A stretch of DNA of 64,000 bases from an uncultured Thermodesulfobacteriota bacterium. Its GTDB lineage: Bacteria > Desulfobacterota > Desulfomonilia > UBA1062. Below the pieces are notes generated by a model. The model was given only the letters and a program-made list of their open reading frames with translations. It had not been told where the DNA came from and searched no databases. How positions within the stretch are numbered: the first letter of the stretch is position 1; each line of letters begins with the position of its first letter. Below are positions 53,740 through 62,309 of the stretch, piece after piece. The stretch lies in contig CALOBW010000030.1 of assembly GCA_942491525.1 (NCBI GenBank), forward strand, positions 291,029 to 355,028, in the 5' to 3' direction. Both the position numbers and the translations under genes were made by a program.

Positions 53740-56409
53740 TTACTGCTCACCCTTAAGCGCACGTTTAATTGTTCCGCCCGCCACCTTGACACTTCTGGTT
53801 ACAGCGTAGGGCGCCACCTTCAACGCGATCTTTTCAAAAGCAACGGCGTCATCATCAAACTTGCGGATCAACTTGACAGCCTCGAACTCACACTTGAGCA
53901 CGCACTGGCCGCAGCCGATGCACATATCCTGGTTAAGAGTAACAGCACCGCAGCCAAGGCAGCGCTCGGTCTCCTTCTTGAGCTGCTCCTCGGTAAAGGT
54001 CATGCGGGAATCTTTAAAGCTCTTAACCTGCTCTGAGCTGTGACCTGCACGCTGACGCCGCATGTTGTCGAAGCCCTCAATAACCACATTCTGCTTGTCA
54101 AAAGCCTTATAGTTACGGCGGTCGCGGCCCAGGGTCTGGCTCTGTCCGGGCCAGACCGCCCGATGGATGGAGATGGCCCCCTGCTTGCCGGCGGCAATGG
54201 CGTCGATGGCAAACTTCGGCCCGCTGAAAACGTCGCCGCCGGCAAAGATACCATCGGCGCCGGTGGCATAGGTGAAGCTGTCAGCCACCACCGTGCCGTT
54301 GCGGTTCAGGTCAACCGCCGTATCCTTGAGCATCTCGCCCCAGGCAATTGCCTGGCCGATGGAGACCAGCACGGCGTCAGCGTCGACAATCACGGTTTCA
54401 TCCTCATTGAAGCGGGGCGCAAACTGACCCTGATCATTGAATACCGCAACGCATCTCTTAAACTCGACACCCTTGACCTTGCCCTTTTCCAGGATGATGC
54501 GTTTGGGTCCCCAGCCGTTGTTGATCTCAATGCCTTCGGCGCATGCCTCCTCGATCTCTTCGGGCAGGGCCGGCATCTCATTGGCGCCTTCAAGGCAGTA
54601 CATGCCAACCGTCTCGGAACCGACGCGGACAGCCGTACGCGCCACATCGATGGCCACATTGCCGCCGCCGATCACCACAACCTTGCCCTTCAACTTGACC
54701 TCTTTGCCGAGGTTGACATCACGCAGGAAGCTGACGCCGGAGATGGCACCCTCCTCACCCTCAATGTTGAGTTTCCGGCCAGCCTGGGCGCCGATGGCAA
54801 GGTAGAAGGCCTCAAAACCATCCTTGCGCAGGGCTTCAATGGTCACATCCCTGCCGACTTCAACGCCGGTCCTGAACTCGACCCCCAGCACACGCAGGAT
54901 CTCGATCTCCGCCTTGACCACATCTTTTTCCAGCCTGAAGGATGGAATGCCGAGGGTCAGCATGCCGCCCAGCTGCTCCTCCTTCTCAAACACGGTTACC
55001 TGATAACCTTCGGCCGCCAGATAGTAGGCGCAGCTCAAGCCCGCCGGACCGCTGCCGACGACCGCGATTTTCTTGTCATATTGATTAAGCTTCTCGGGCA
55101 CGAAGCGGCACTCCTCGTTCAGCTCCATGTCGGCGATGAACTTTTTGATCTCATCGATCGCGATCGGGTCATCCAGATCACCGCGGGTGCAGACCGATTC
55201 ACAGGCGTGGGGACAGATGCGTCCGCAGACGGCCGGGAAGGGATTCTCTCGCTTGATCAGCTCCAGCGCCTCCATGTACCTGCCCTGGGAGGCAAACTTG
55301 ATATAGGCCTGAACGCCGATATTGGCCGGGCACTCGGCCTTGCAGGGCGCGGTTCCGCTCTCATGCACATCGCTGCGGTTTTCACGGTAGTCCATGTTCC
55401 AGTACTTCTCACCCCAGATACGGTCGCGGGGCGTCGGCGTGGGTTTGGTCTCGATGGGGGTCTTGGAGCAGAGTTTCTGCCCGAGCTTGAGCGCATTGGT
55501 GGGGCAGTACTCCACGCACAGGCCGCAGGCCGCACAGTTTTCGGTGACCAGTTCCGAGACAAAGTTGGAGCGGATCACATCCGGGGCATTCATCATGGCC
55601 GCCGTGCGGATCGAGAAGCAGGAGCAGGAGCAGCAGTTGCAGATGGCCGGAATCTCCTCATTGCCCCAGAGGTTGGGAGCCTCATGGACATAGCCCTTCT
55701 CCTCGCAGCGCCTGAAGATTTCAAGCGCCTCTTCGCGTGTGATCTCACGGCCCTTGCCGGTGTTGATGTTGTACTCGGCCGTCTCTCCCAGCGAGACGCA
55801 GACCTCATGCTCCAGATGGCCGCAGCCCTCGTCCATATGGCGGCGCGTGGCGCGGCACATACAGTTGCCCACGGCAAAACGGTCATACTTGTCCATCCAG
55901 TAGGAGATCTTCTCCCACTCCTTGACGCCTTCAACATCCTTGATGGCCTCTTCAGCCGGCAGCACCCGCACAAGGCCGGCGCCCTTGGTCAGCAGCGGGG
56001 CCAGCGGCGCGATGCGGATGCGGGTGTACTCCTCAAAGGCCCGGCCGATATCGGGATGCTTCTCAAAGAGCTCCGTGTTGGCCACCATCAGTTCCAGCAC
56101 CCCCGGGGCAAAGAGCTCGATCATGAAGGTCTCTCTGCCGTCCCGGTTGAAGACCTTGCAGACGCCCACATCGGCCAGCTGCAGCGCCAGCCGGTGCGCT
56201 TCATCAACGGGTTTGCCGCACTTGGCCGCGATCTCCTCGATGGTTTTGAACTTTCTCAACTCCATGCCGAGACCGACCTCGGCCATCTCATCGGTTACCA
56301 CGCAGGCCAGACCGTAATATTCCGGTGCGTTCTCATCGATCCTGTTGATCAGGGCCGCCGGCCCGCTGATCATCTTGGCCAACTCCACGATTTTCTTCCT
56401 TAATGCCAT
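53740..56409 (-). CDS. Large Fe-S flavoprotein: novel N-terminal Cys/His-rich domain plus a ferredoxin, fused to a GltD/NfnB-type FAD/NAD(P)H oxidoreductase with a C-terminal 2x[4Fe-4S] ferredoxin
   Basis: The GltD-like core has a CKAECPANIGVQ...AVCGRICPHACESVCTRG Fe-S pair and GXGXXG KKIAVVGSGPAGLSCAYYLAAEG..EKEEQLGG. The N-terminal ~330 aa carry CMCRATRRHMDEGCGHLEHEVC, ICNCCSCSCF and a CAACGLCVEYCP ferredoxin. The C-terminus has CLGCGAVT..CIGCGQCVLKCE. There is no HdrA-type CxGCRD...CSxVCC motif. It sits 6 nt upstream of hypA and 40 nt downstream of hypB. Confidence 0.65.
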   Translation of the reverse strand: MALRKKIVELAKMISGPAALINRIDENAPEYYGLACVVTDEMAEVGLGMELRKFKTIEEIAAKCGKPVDEAHRLALQLADVGVCKVFNRDGRETFMIELFAPGVLELMVANTELFEKHPDIGRAFEEYTRIRIAPLAPLLTKGAGLVRVLPAEEAIKDVEGVKEWEKISYWMDKYDRFAVGNCMCRATRRHMDEGCGHLEHEVCVSLGETAEYNINTGKGREITREEALEIFRRCEEKGYVHEAPNLWGNEEIPAICNCCSCSCFSIRTAAMMNAPDVIRSNFVSELVTENCAACGLCVEYCPTNALKLGQKLCSKTPIETKPTPTPRDRIWGEKYWNMDYRENRSDVHESGTAPCKAECPANIGVQAYIKFASQGRYMEALELIKRENPFPAVCGRICPHACESVCTRGDLDDPIAIDEIKKFIADMELNEECRFVPEKLNQYDKKIAVVGSGPAGLSCAYYLAAEGYQVTVFEKEEQLGGMLTLGIPSFRLEKDVVKAEIEILRVLGVEFRTGVEVGRDVTIEALRKDGFEAFYLAIGAQAGRKLNIEGEEGAISGVSFLRDVNLGKEVKLKGKVVVIGGGNVAIDVARTAVRVGSETVGMYCLEGANEMPALPEEIEEACAEGIEINNGWGPKRIILEKGKVKGVEFKRCVAVFNDQGQFAPRFNEDETVIVDADAVLVSIGQAIAWGEMLKDTAVDLNRNGTVVADSFTYATGADGIFAGGDVFSGPKFAIDAIAAGKQGAISIHRAVWPGQSQTLGRDRRNYKAFDKQNVVIEGFDNMRRQRAGHSSEQVKSFKDSRMTFTEEQLKKETERCLGCGAVTLNQDMCIGCGQCVLKCEFEAVKLIRKFDDDAVAFEKIALKVAPYAVTRSVKVAGGTIKRALKGEQ

Positions 56410-56448
56410 TGTTTCCTCCCTCGTATCTATGTTTAAATCAAATCCGTT

Positions 56449-57120
56449 TCAGTCATCTTTCCATGACTTCACTTCACTCTTCAGCCAGTCTGCCCATTCA
56501 TCGATGCCTTCGCCGGTACGGGCTGAGATTGGAATAATCTTAATCCTGGGATTCAGTTTGCCGGCCCGCTCCCTGACCGCGTTGAGATCAAAATCAAAAT
56601 GCGGCAGAACGTCTAGCTTGTTGATCAGCAGAACATCGCAGATCTGAAACATCAGGGGATATTTCAGCGGCTTGTCATCGCCCTCGGGTACCGACAGGAT
56701 CATCGCATTTTTGACAGATCCGGTATCAAACTCGGCCGGACAGACCAGATTGCCGACATTTTCCAGAACAACAAGATCCAGTTCATCGACACCCAGCCCG
56801 CCAAGTCCCTGACGGGTCATATCGGCATCCAGATGGCACATGCCGCCGGTGTGCAGCTGGATAACTTTGACGCCGGCATTGGAAATCGTGACCGCATCCA
56901 CGCTGGAATCGATATCCGCCTCCATTATTCCGATGCGAAGGTCATCCTTAAGCGAACTGATGGTCTGAACCAGGGTGGTGGTTTTACCGGCCCCGGGCGA
57001 ACTCATAAGATTTAGCAGGAACGTGCCCTTGCTCTTCAACTCTGCACGCAGGCGTTCCGCATCCTGATTATTATCCGCAAAAACACTCTGCTTAATGTCC
57101 AATACGCGAAAATCTTTCAT
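56449..57120 (-). CDS. hypB: Hydrogenase nickel-incorporation GTPase HypB (no His-rich N-terminus)
   Basis: The G1 motif SSPGAGKTT and the CH metal site (GGMCHLDA) are present, with homology to the HypB/UreG/CobW family. Confidence 0.85.
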   Translation of the reverse strand: MKDFRVLDIKQSVFADNNQDAERLRAELKSKGTFLLNLMSSPGAGKTTTLVQTISSLKDDLRIGIMEADIDSSVDAVTISNAGVKVIQLHTGGMCHLDADMTRQGLGGLGVDELDLVVLENVGNLVCPAEFDTGSVKNAMILSVPEGDDKPLKYPLMFQICDVLLINKLDVLPHFDFDLNAVRERAGKLNPRIKIIPISARTGEGIDEWADWLKSEVKSWKDD

Positions 57121-57131
57121 AGATCCCCTTA

Positions 57132-57701
57132 TTAATCCGACTGTTTTTTGAGTCGCTCTTGCAGGAGGGCAATGCTGTGGTCAGCCCACTCGATATACAT
57201 GTTGAAAATGCGAAAACCGAAATCCACGGTCAGCTCCCAGTAGAAGAAATCATTCGAGGGAACTTCATAAGCCGAGAGCATCCCATCAACATTCTGGTAG
57301 GATTGCTGCAGCCGCGCTCGCTTGATTTCCGCCAGCTCACGGAACCGTTTAATAGAGTGCAGAAGCTCCTCGTCCGGAATTTTTGCGGCAAAGAAGACCT
57401 TGGACAGATATGGCAGGCGCTGGGCGAAATGGGGTTCCTCGCCATAGTCGACGAGCCAGTTGAAGAGCGCCTCCTCGCCGGCCGGTGTGATCGAGAAGAG
57501 TTTCTTGGTCGGACGGGAGTCCTGTTCTTCGCGCCGTTGCGTAACATAGCCATCGACGAGCAGGGCATTCAGTTCCCGGTAGATCTGGCTTTGCTGGGCC
57601 GAGAAAAAAAACTTCAAACTGCCGTCAAACAGTTTGTAGATGTCATAGCCTGACATCTCCTTGTAACTGACCAATCCGAGTATGGACATTCTAAGCGACA
57701 T
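57132..57701 (-). CDS. PadR-family transcriptional regulator
   Basis: The N-terminal wHTH (ILGLVSYKEMSGYDIYKLF...SQIYRELNAL) fits PadR. Confidence 0.8.
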   Translation of the reverse strand: MSLRMSILGLVSYKEMSGYDIYKLFDGSLKFFFSAQQSQIYRELNALLVDGYVTQRREEQDSRPTKKLFSITPAGEEALFNWLVDYGEEPHFAQRLPYLSKVFFAAKIPDEELLHSIKRFRELAEIKRARLQQSYQNVDGMLSAYEVPSNDFFYWELTVDFGFRIFNMYIEWADHSIALLQERLKKQSD

Positions 57702-57877
57702 ATCTCACCCTTATTTACAGCAGAATACTCTACATGTGATATATATAACATGTATAAACAACGCAACCACTATTCCACCTCCGGATCACAGACAGAACAT
57801 CAAACCAGACTGACGGGCAGTTTTCGCCCAGGACACGCGGATCAGAACAACTTCAACTCAGGCGAATATCATCAGCA

Positions 57878-57913
57878 GGCGCAACTCATAATCAGGTTCC
57901 GAAACTCACGGGG
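57878..57913 (-). repeat. Fragment of a paralog of gene 52498..53202 (direct repeat of 53044..53080; 33/36 identity)
   Basis: The reverse complement encodes PREFRNLIMSC, matching RREFRNLIMSC of the HExxH protein. There is no surrounding ORF, and it sits at the left edge of an AT-rich islet. Confidence 0.5.
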
Positions 57914-58214
57914 CATTTATGACTGATGAATTTCTAATTTAAAAACTAGGCAATGGGTGCCACTGGCTAAGCGCAGCTTGCCAGTGTGGGAATCGCACGG
58001 GCAAGACGTCAAGTTAGATAAACGGGATGTTTGCCTTGGCCCGTGGCACACGGCGAAGGTAAACATTACTTTTGATAAGTGTGGATTTCTTGGAATGTGG
58101 GCAATGGCTAGTTATGTGCAGTCTCACAAAAAAAACAAAAAGCAAGACCCGCCCCCAATATACCCTGCTCGCTTTCAGGCTGGTACATAGTTTGGAGGAA
58201 GGTCACGACAAGAC

Positions 58215-58784
58215 TCATCCGATATAAACATAAAAGACATAAAACCACACCACAACCAGTGGAGAGATGATATATATAGCAATGAGCAATAAATCCTGGA
58301 TACTAACCTCCTGGTGACTCACAACCGTATTTGCATCTTCGTCCCAGTATGTCGTCTTCGTCTTTTGTAGATAAAAGAAAGATGACCCCTGTGCGATATA
58401 ATCGACAACTGGCAATCCAAGCCCTTGCCCATAAAACCAGAGAATAAACTTCCGTCTCAGGGCTTGAATGTAGGATAATTCACTGCCGTCTTTATTGGTA
58501 ACCCTGATGTTAAATAACGCCTTTCCAATTGTAGTACCAAATACAGCAAACATCGCAGCTTCCCAAAAATTATAAAAAAAGTGCAACGCAAGAATGAAGG
58601 TAAACTTAGAATGGTCCTGAACCGGATAATGTAATACCCAAGCACCTCCAAGCACAATCAAGAAAAAGAAATATATATCAGCCCCCCGGGCCATACATCT
58701 TATAAACGGTCTAATCTGTGGACCTGATGGAACATACTCTATATCTGAAGCTAACTTAGCTTGCGAACGTTTCTTGCTGCTCAT
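58215..58784 (-). CDS. RDD-family membrane protein
   Basis: GTTIGKALFNIRVTNKDGSELSYIQALRR matches the RDD signature, and TM helices are present. It lies in low-GC DNA. A GAGGG RBS precedes the start MSSKKRSQ. Confidence 0.55.
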   Translation of the reverse strand: MSSKKRSQAKLASDIEYVPSGPQIRPFIRCMARGADIYFFFLIVLGGAWVLHYPVQDHSKFTFILALHFFYNFWEAAMFAVFGTTIGKALFNIRVTNKDGSELSYIQALRRKFILWFYGQGLGLPVVDYIAQGSSFFYLQKTKTTYWDEDANTVVSHQEVSIQDLLLIAIYIISPLVVVWFYVFYVYIG

Positions 58785-58885
58785 TAAATAACAACCCTCC
58801 ATACTTCTTTTATTTACCGATTGTACATCAACGCCACACATGTACGCACTGGGTCAGGTCTTGCGTTTTGCCACTATTCTTCAAA

Positions 58886-58936
58886 ACTGCACATAACTGC
58901 TATTTATCATGTCGATCCAGGGACTGCAATTGACGC
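58886..58936. repeat. Imperfect ~50-nt direct repeat, copy 1
   Basis: ACTGCACATAACTGCTATTTATCATGTCGATCC..CAATTGACGC recurs at 59517-59568 with an 18-nt perfect core and ~75% identity overall. Confidence 0.5.
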
Positions 58937-59126
58937 TTTATTGGCTAGTTAGGTGGAATCGGGAGTTTCAATGTAGGTCGTGTTGAGCTTGCGAAACCCG
59001 ACAGCGGCCTTGGGGCAATTGTTGGTTTTCATTCTTCATGCCGACCTGCGAACTAAGTATCTATATATCAAGGGTCTGCCATTTAACAGCTGCCAAGCTA
59101 AGCTCTCAATATTACTCAAATATTTA

Positions 59127-59155
59127 TTGACATCCTCGCTTCCTGGCTATACTGT
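59127..59155 (+). promoter_or_regulatory. Near-consensus sigma-70 promoter TTGACA-N15-TATACT (or N17-TACTGT) driving small ORFs
   Basis: TTGACA is at 59127-59132 and TATACT at 59148-59153. AAGGAG at 59170 is followed by ATG 59182, which opens a 17-codon ORF, then the GTG-initiated 88-aa ORF. Confidence 0.5.
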
Positions 59156-59204
59156 AAATTTAAAACTTAAAGGAGACTACAATGTCGAATGACCAAAAAT
59201 TGAA

Positions 59205-59471
59205 GTGTTACAAAGAATACTTCTTAAGATCCTAAAGAATGGAAAAAGCATCAAAGAATTAAAATTGTTTACAGATATTATTAGCTCAACGAACTTACCT
59301 AAAGATCAAATCAGTGATGTAGTGAACGATGCGATTAAAATGAGTTTAATTGAATCTTCCATCGAAACGATTTCAATAAAAGGAGATAATGCCAGTCTAG
59401 TGCAATTGCCACAAGGAACCACTTATAAGATAACCCCTAAAGGTGAAGAATACGTAGAAGATATTAGATGA
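59205..59471 (+). CDS. Small hypothetical protein (88 aa, GTG start) in the AT-rich islet; possibly a frameshifted continuation of the 17-codon ORF at 59182
   Basis: The composition is low-GC and K/I/E-rich, with no motif I recognise. The supporting evidence is weak. Confidence 0.3.
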   Translation: MLQRILLKILKNGKSIKELKLFTDIISSTNLPKDQISDVVNDAIKMSLIESSIETISIKGDNASLVQLPQGTTYKITPKGEEYVEDIR

Positions 59472-59516
59472 ATTAGTCAATTTAACAAATCCAAATGTGA
59501 CACGTTAAAAGGTAAC

Positions 59517-59568
59517 AGACTGCACATAACTGCTATCTATCACGCCAATCCCCAAACCACAATTAACG
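59517..59568. repeat. Imperfect ~50-nt direct repeat, copy 2
   Basis: The sequence is described under copy 1 (58886..58936). This copy abuts the stop of gene 59574..59966. Confidence 0.5.
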
Positions 59569-59573
59569 CCCCA

Positions 59574-59966
59574 TCAACCATCTACATGCTTCGCATCTCT
59601 CCGATCAAGCAGCAGATACCAACCTCCGCAAACCGCGCCACCGCCGATCAGCATGCTCGACAGCCAGGAGTCAAACTCATACTGCGCATGGACCATGAAG
59701 AGCGCATGCAGGACGGCATGCAGCACCAGGAAGGCTGATACCCAGAATTTCGTACGATTGCGGGTGGCTGGATTTTCACTTGCGATCAACCCGAGCAAAA
59801 CTGCAAAGAGCGGAAGGTGGGCAATGATAAAAACGATCTGGCCAATATCTTCGGGCAGCCAGCTGGTTAACGGCAGAACGCGCCACTCATGATTCAGCAC
59901 CGCATCCAATTCATGCGTGAAGAGAAACCCTACCCCCCAATTGAACACTCGATCCTTCATGAGCAA
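59574..59966 (-). CDS. Small membrane protein of unknown function (4 TM helices)
   Basis: This 130-aa protein is hydrophobic and His-rich (HAVLHALFMVHAQYEF). Confidence 0.45.
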   Translation of the reverse strand: MLMKDRVFNWGVGFLFTHELDAVLNHEWRVLPLTSWLPEDIGQIVFIIAHLPLFAVLLGLIASENPATRNRTKFWVSAFLVLHAVLHALFMVHAQYEFDSWLSSMLIGGGAVCGGWYLLLDRRDAKHVDG

Positions 59967-60053
59967 GCCTCCATCAGATCATTAACCTACCACGGCTGCG
60001 CGGGAATGACAAAGAGAGAGCCCGGGGAAAAGAACTTCCCCGGGCGTAATTAA

Positions 60054-62126
60054 CTATTTCAAATTCCAGGCAGTATCAAAACCATCCTTGGTGGCATTGG
60101 CGATACGGCCGATCTGCTTGGCGTCACCGATGGCGTAGACGCGCTCAAACTTGCCTTTAAGCTCCTCGACCAGGGCGTTGTTGGATCTGACGCCCACAGC
60201 CAGCACAACCTGATCAGCCGGGCGCTCAATTGAAGAGCCGTCCTTGGTGCTCTCGAGGGTGATGTTATCAGGCCCGATGTTCATCAGCTTATGACCGGGG
60301 ATGAACTCGGGGGCGTACTGCTTGAGGCGCATCATGGCGTCATCAAAGTTCTGGTGATAGGCGCCGGGGCCAATCTCATCCATCATCTCGACGATTGTGA
60401 TCTGATTGCCGTCCTCGGCCAGCTTCTCGGCGGTCTCGAGGCCGGTCATGCCGGAGCCGATCACAGCCACCTTCTTGCCGCTAAGTTTGATGTCACCGTT
60501 CAGGATCTCGGTGATGGTGCAGACGTGAGCCTGGTCATGTCCGGGGATGGGCGGCTTGACGGCCGAGCCGCCGGTGGCCACGATGATGGCGTAGGGGTCA
60601 AGCTCCTCAATCATCTTGAGGTCGGCGTTCTGATCGAAACAGAACTGGGCGCCCTCACGCATGGCGGCGTTCTCCAGATCGTTGAAGCACCAGTTGATCT
60701 TCTCCTTCTTGGGCGGCTTGTTGGCCAGCTGCAGCTGTCCGCCGACTTCATGATGGCGCTCGAGGACCACGGTCTCGAAGCCGCGCTCGGCCAGCACTTC
60801 GGCGGCACTCAGGCCCGCCGGACCAGCACCGACCACGACCACCTTGCGGCCCTGGCCGTCCTTGGCCGGATGGGTTGTCTCGGCCTCGCGGCCCAGGCGC
60901 GGATTGACGGCGCACTCCATGGGCAGGCACTGACGGGCGTTGATGTTCATGGATTCGAAGCACCAGAGGCAGCAGATGCAGCGTTTGATCTCATCTTCAC
61001 GGCCCTGCTCGGCCTTGTTGGCCCAGTGCGGGTCACAGACCTGGGAGCGGCCCATGCAGACAAAGTCCTGCACGCCCTCCTTGAGCTGGTCCTCGGCCTG
61101 CTGGGGCGAGCGCACCAGGTTGGCGGCCAGGACCGGAATATTAACGGCCTCCTTGACGGACTGGGCCAGGTTCTTGCGCCAGCCCGGTTCAAACGAGGTG
61201 GGCTCGAGCCAGTAGTTCATGGTCTCATAGGTGGCGGATGTTACGTCGATGGCGTCCACGCCGGCCTGCTCAAGACGGCGGGCGATCTCGACGCCCTCTT
61301 CCAGCTCGATGCCGCAGTCGGTCTCGCCGAGGCAGCGGTAGTACTCGTCGACGGCCAGGCGCACCACGATGGGGTAGTCGGGGCCGCACTCGTTTCTAAC
61401 GCCCTCGATGATCTCGAGCAGAAAGCGCATGCGATTCTCAAGCGAGCCGCCGTACTCGTCGCTGCGCTTATTGGTGCGGGTGCTGAGGAACTGCTGAATC
61501 AGATAGCCGTGGGCGGCGTGAATCTCAACGCCGTCGGCACCGGCGGCCTTGGCGCGGCGGGCGCCCTGCACAAAGTCATTGACCAGCTTCTTGATCTCGC
61601 GCTGCTTGAGCGCGCGGGTCTTCTGCTTGAGGTGGCCGCAGGGCACGTCGGAAGCGGAGACAACTGAGGGAGCCCAGACCTTCTCATAGAACCACTCGGT
61701 GGCCGGCACCAGTTTGGGGAAGATCTTCCAGAAACCGGGCCAGACCTTGCCGACCCCCAGCATGACCGGCCAGAACATGACCATCAGCGAGAGGTTCTGG
61801 CGGCCAGGGTGGTGCAGCTGGATCATGATCTTGGCGCCGTGGCTGTGGATGCGGTCCACCATGACGCTGAGCGGTTTGATGTGGCTCTCCTTGCTGACCG
61901 AGAGCTGGCGCGGCGCGGTGGCGCCGTGGTAGTCATTGACGCGGGTGATGCCGGGCATGATCAGGCCGCAGCCGCCCTTGGCCCGCTCTTCATAGTAGTT
62001 CATGACCTGTTCGGACGGGGTGCCGTCAAAGTTGGCCATGCCGATCTCGAGCGGCGGCAGCACAACCCTGTTCTTCAAAACGAGTTTGCCGATCCGGCCC
62101 TCGGAAAATAGATTCTGATAACTCAT
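60054..62126 (-). CDS. Old-Yellow-Enzyme-family FMN oxidoreductase fused to an FAD/NAD(P)-binding domain (2,4-dienoyl-CoA reductase / enoate reductase-like)
   Basis: An AGGAGG RBS precedes MSYQNLFSEG. The OYE TIM barrel has HAAHGYL and a 4Fe-4S Cys cluster (CICCLWCFES...C). The C-terminal domain has Rossmann GAGPAGL and GSGMTGLE motifs. A ~60-aa hydrophobic insertion (LSLMVMFWPVMLGVGKVWPGFW) sits within the barrel. Confidence 0.8.
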   Translation of the reverse strand: MSYQNLFSEGRIGKLVLKNRVVLPPLEIGMANFDGTPSEQVMNYYEERAKGGCGLIMPGITRVNDYHGATAPRQLSVSKESHIKPLSVMVDRIHSHGAKIMIQLHHPGRQNLSLMVMFWPVMLGVGKVWPGFWKIFPKLVPATEWFYEKVWAPSVVSASDVPCGHLKQKTRALKQREIKKLVNDFVQGARRAKAAGADGVEIHAAHGYLIQQFLSTRTNKRSDEYGGSLENRMRFLLEIIEGVRNECGPDYPIVVRLAVDEYYRCLGETDCGIELEEGVEIARRLEQAGVDAIDVTSATYETMNYWLEPTSFEPGWRKNLAQSVKEAVNIPVLAANLVRSPQQAEDQLKEGVQDFVCMGRSQVCDPHWANKAEQGREDEIKRCICCLWCFESMNINARQCLPMECAVNPRLGREAETTHPAKDGQGRKVVVVGAGPAGLSAAEVLAERGFETVVLERHHEVGGQLQLANKPPKKEKINWCFNDLENAAMREGAQFCFDQNADLKMIEELDPYAIIVATGGSAVKPPIPGHDQAHVCTITEILNGDIKLSGKKVAVIGSGMTGLETAEKLAEDGNQITIVEMMDEIGPGAYHQNFDDAMMRLKQYAPEFIPGHKLMNIGPDNITLESTKDGSSIERPADQVVLAVGVRSNNALVEELKGKFERVYAIGDAKQIGRIANATKDGFDTAWNLK

Positions 62127-62271
62127 AGTTCCTCCTTTTATACATGGCGAGTAGCCACTCACCCTCATAGCCAAATTAGTTGCATCATGCAAGCAGATTC
62201 CAGACGCATCCCGGCAAACTTAACATCAAATAGTTAATTTAACAAACCAAGATGGGTCAAATTTTACATTA

Positions 62272-62302
62272 TCCAATAAAAGGGCCGCCAGAGAGGCGGC
62301 CC
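62272..62302 (-). terminator. Rho-independent terminator of the MCP gene
   Basis: GGGCCGCC-agaga-GGCGGCCC (plus-strand 62282-62302) is followed, in the minus sense, by UUUUAUU. Confidence 0.6.
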
Positions 62303-62309
62303 CTCAGAC

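Noticed and set aside
54040-56403. 787-aa plus-strand ORF
   Set aside because: It is antisense to the GltD-like flavoprotein, which has clear GXGXXG and ferredoxin motifs, and is itself low-complexity and GC-rich.
53740-56409. Possible identity as heterodisulfide reductase HdrA
   Set aside because: It has the FAD/NAD(P)-binding and ferredoxin modules, but the HdrA-specific CxGCRD...CSxVCC motif is absent. The core aligns better with GltD/NfnB-type small subunits.
57957-58190. 77-aa plus-strand ORF in the intergenic region beside the duplicated fragment
   Set aside because: It has no RBS, and its composition is unlike either the host or the islet genes. It sits in what looks like decayed sequence at the islet boundary.
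60291-61667. 458-aa plus-strand ORF
   Set aside because: It is antisense to the OYE-family reductase and has a Gly/Ala/Leu/Asp low-complexity composition.
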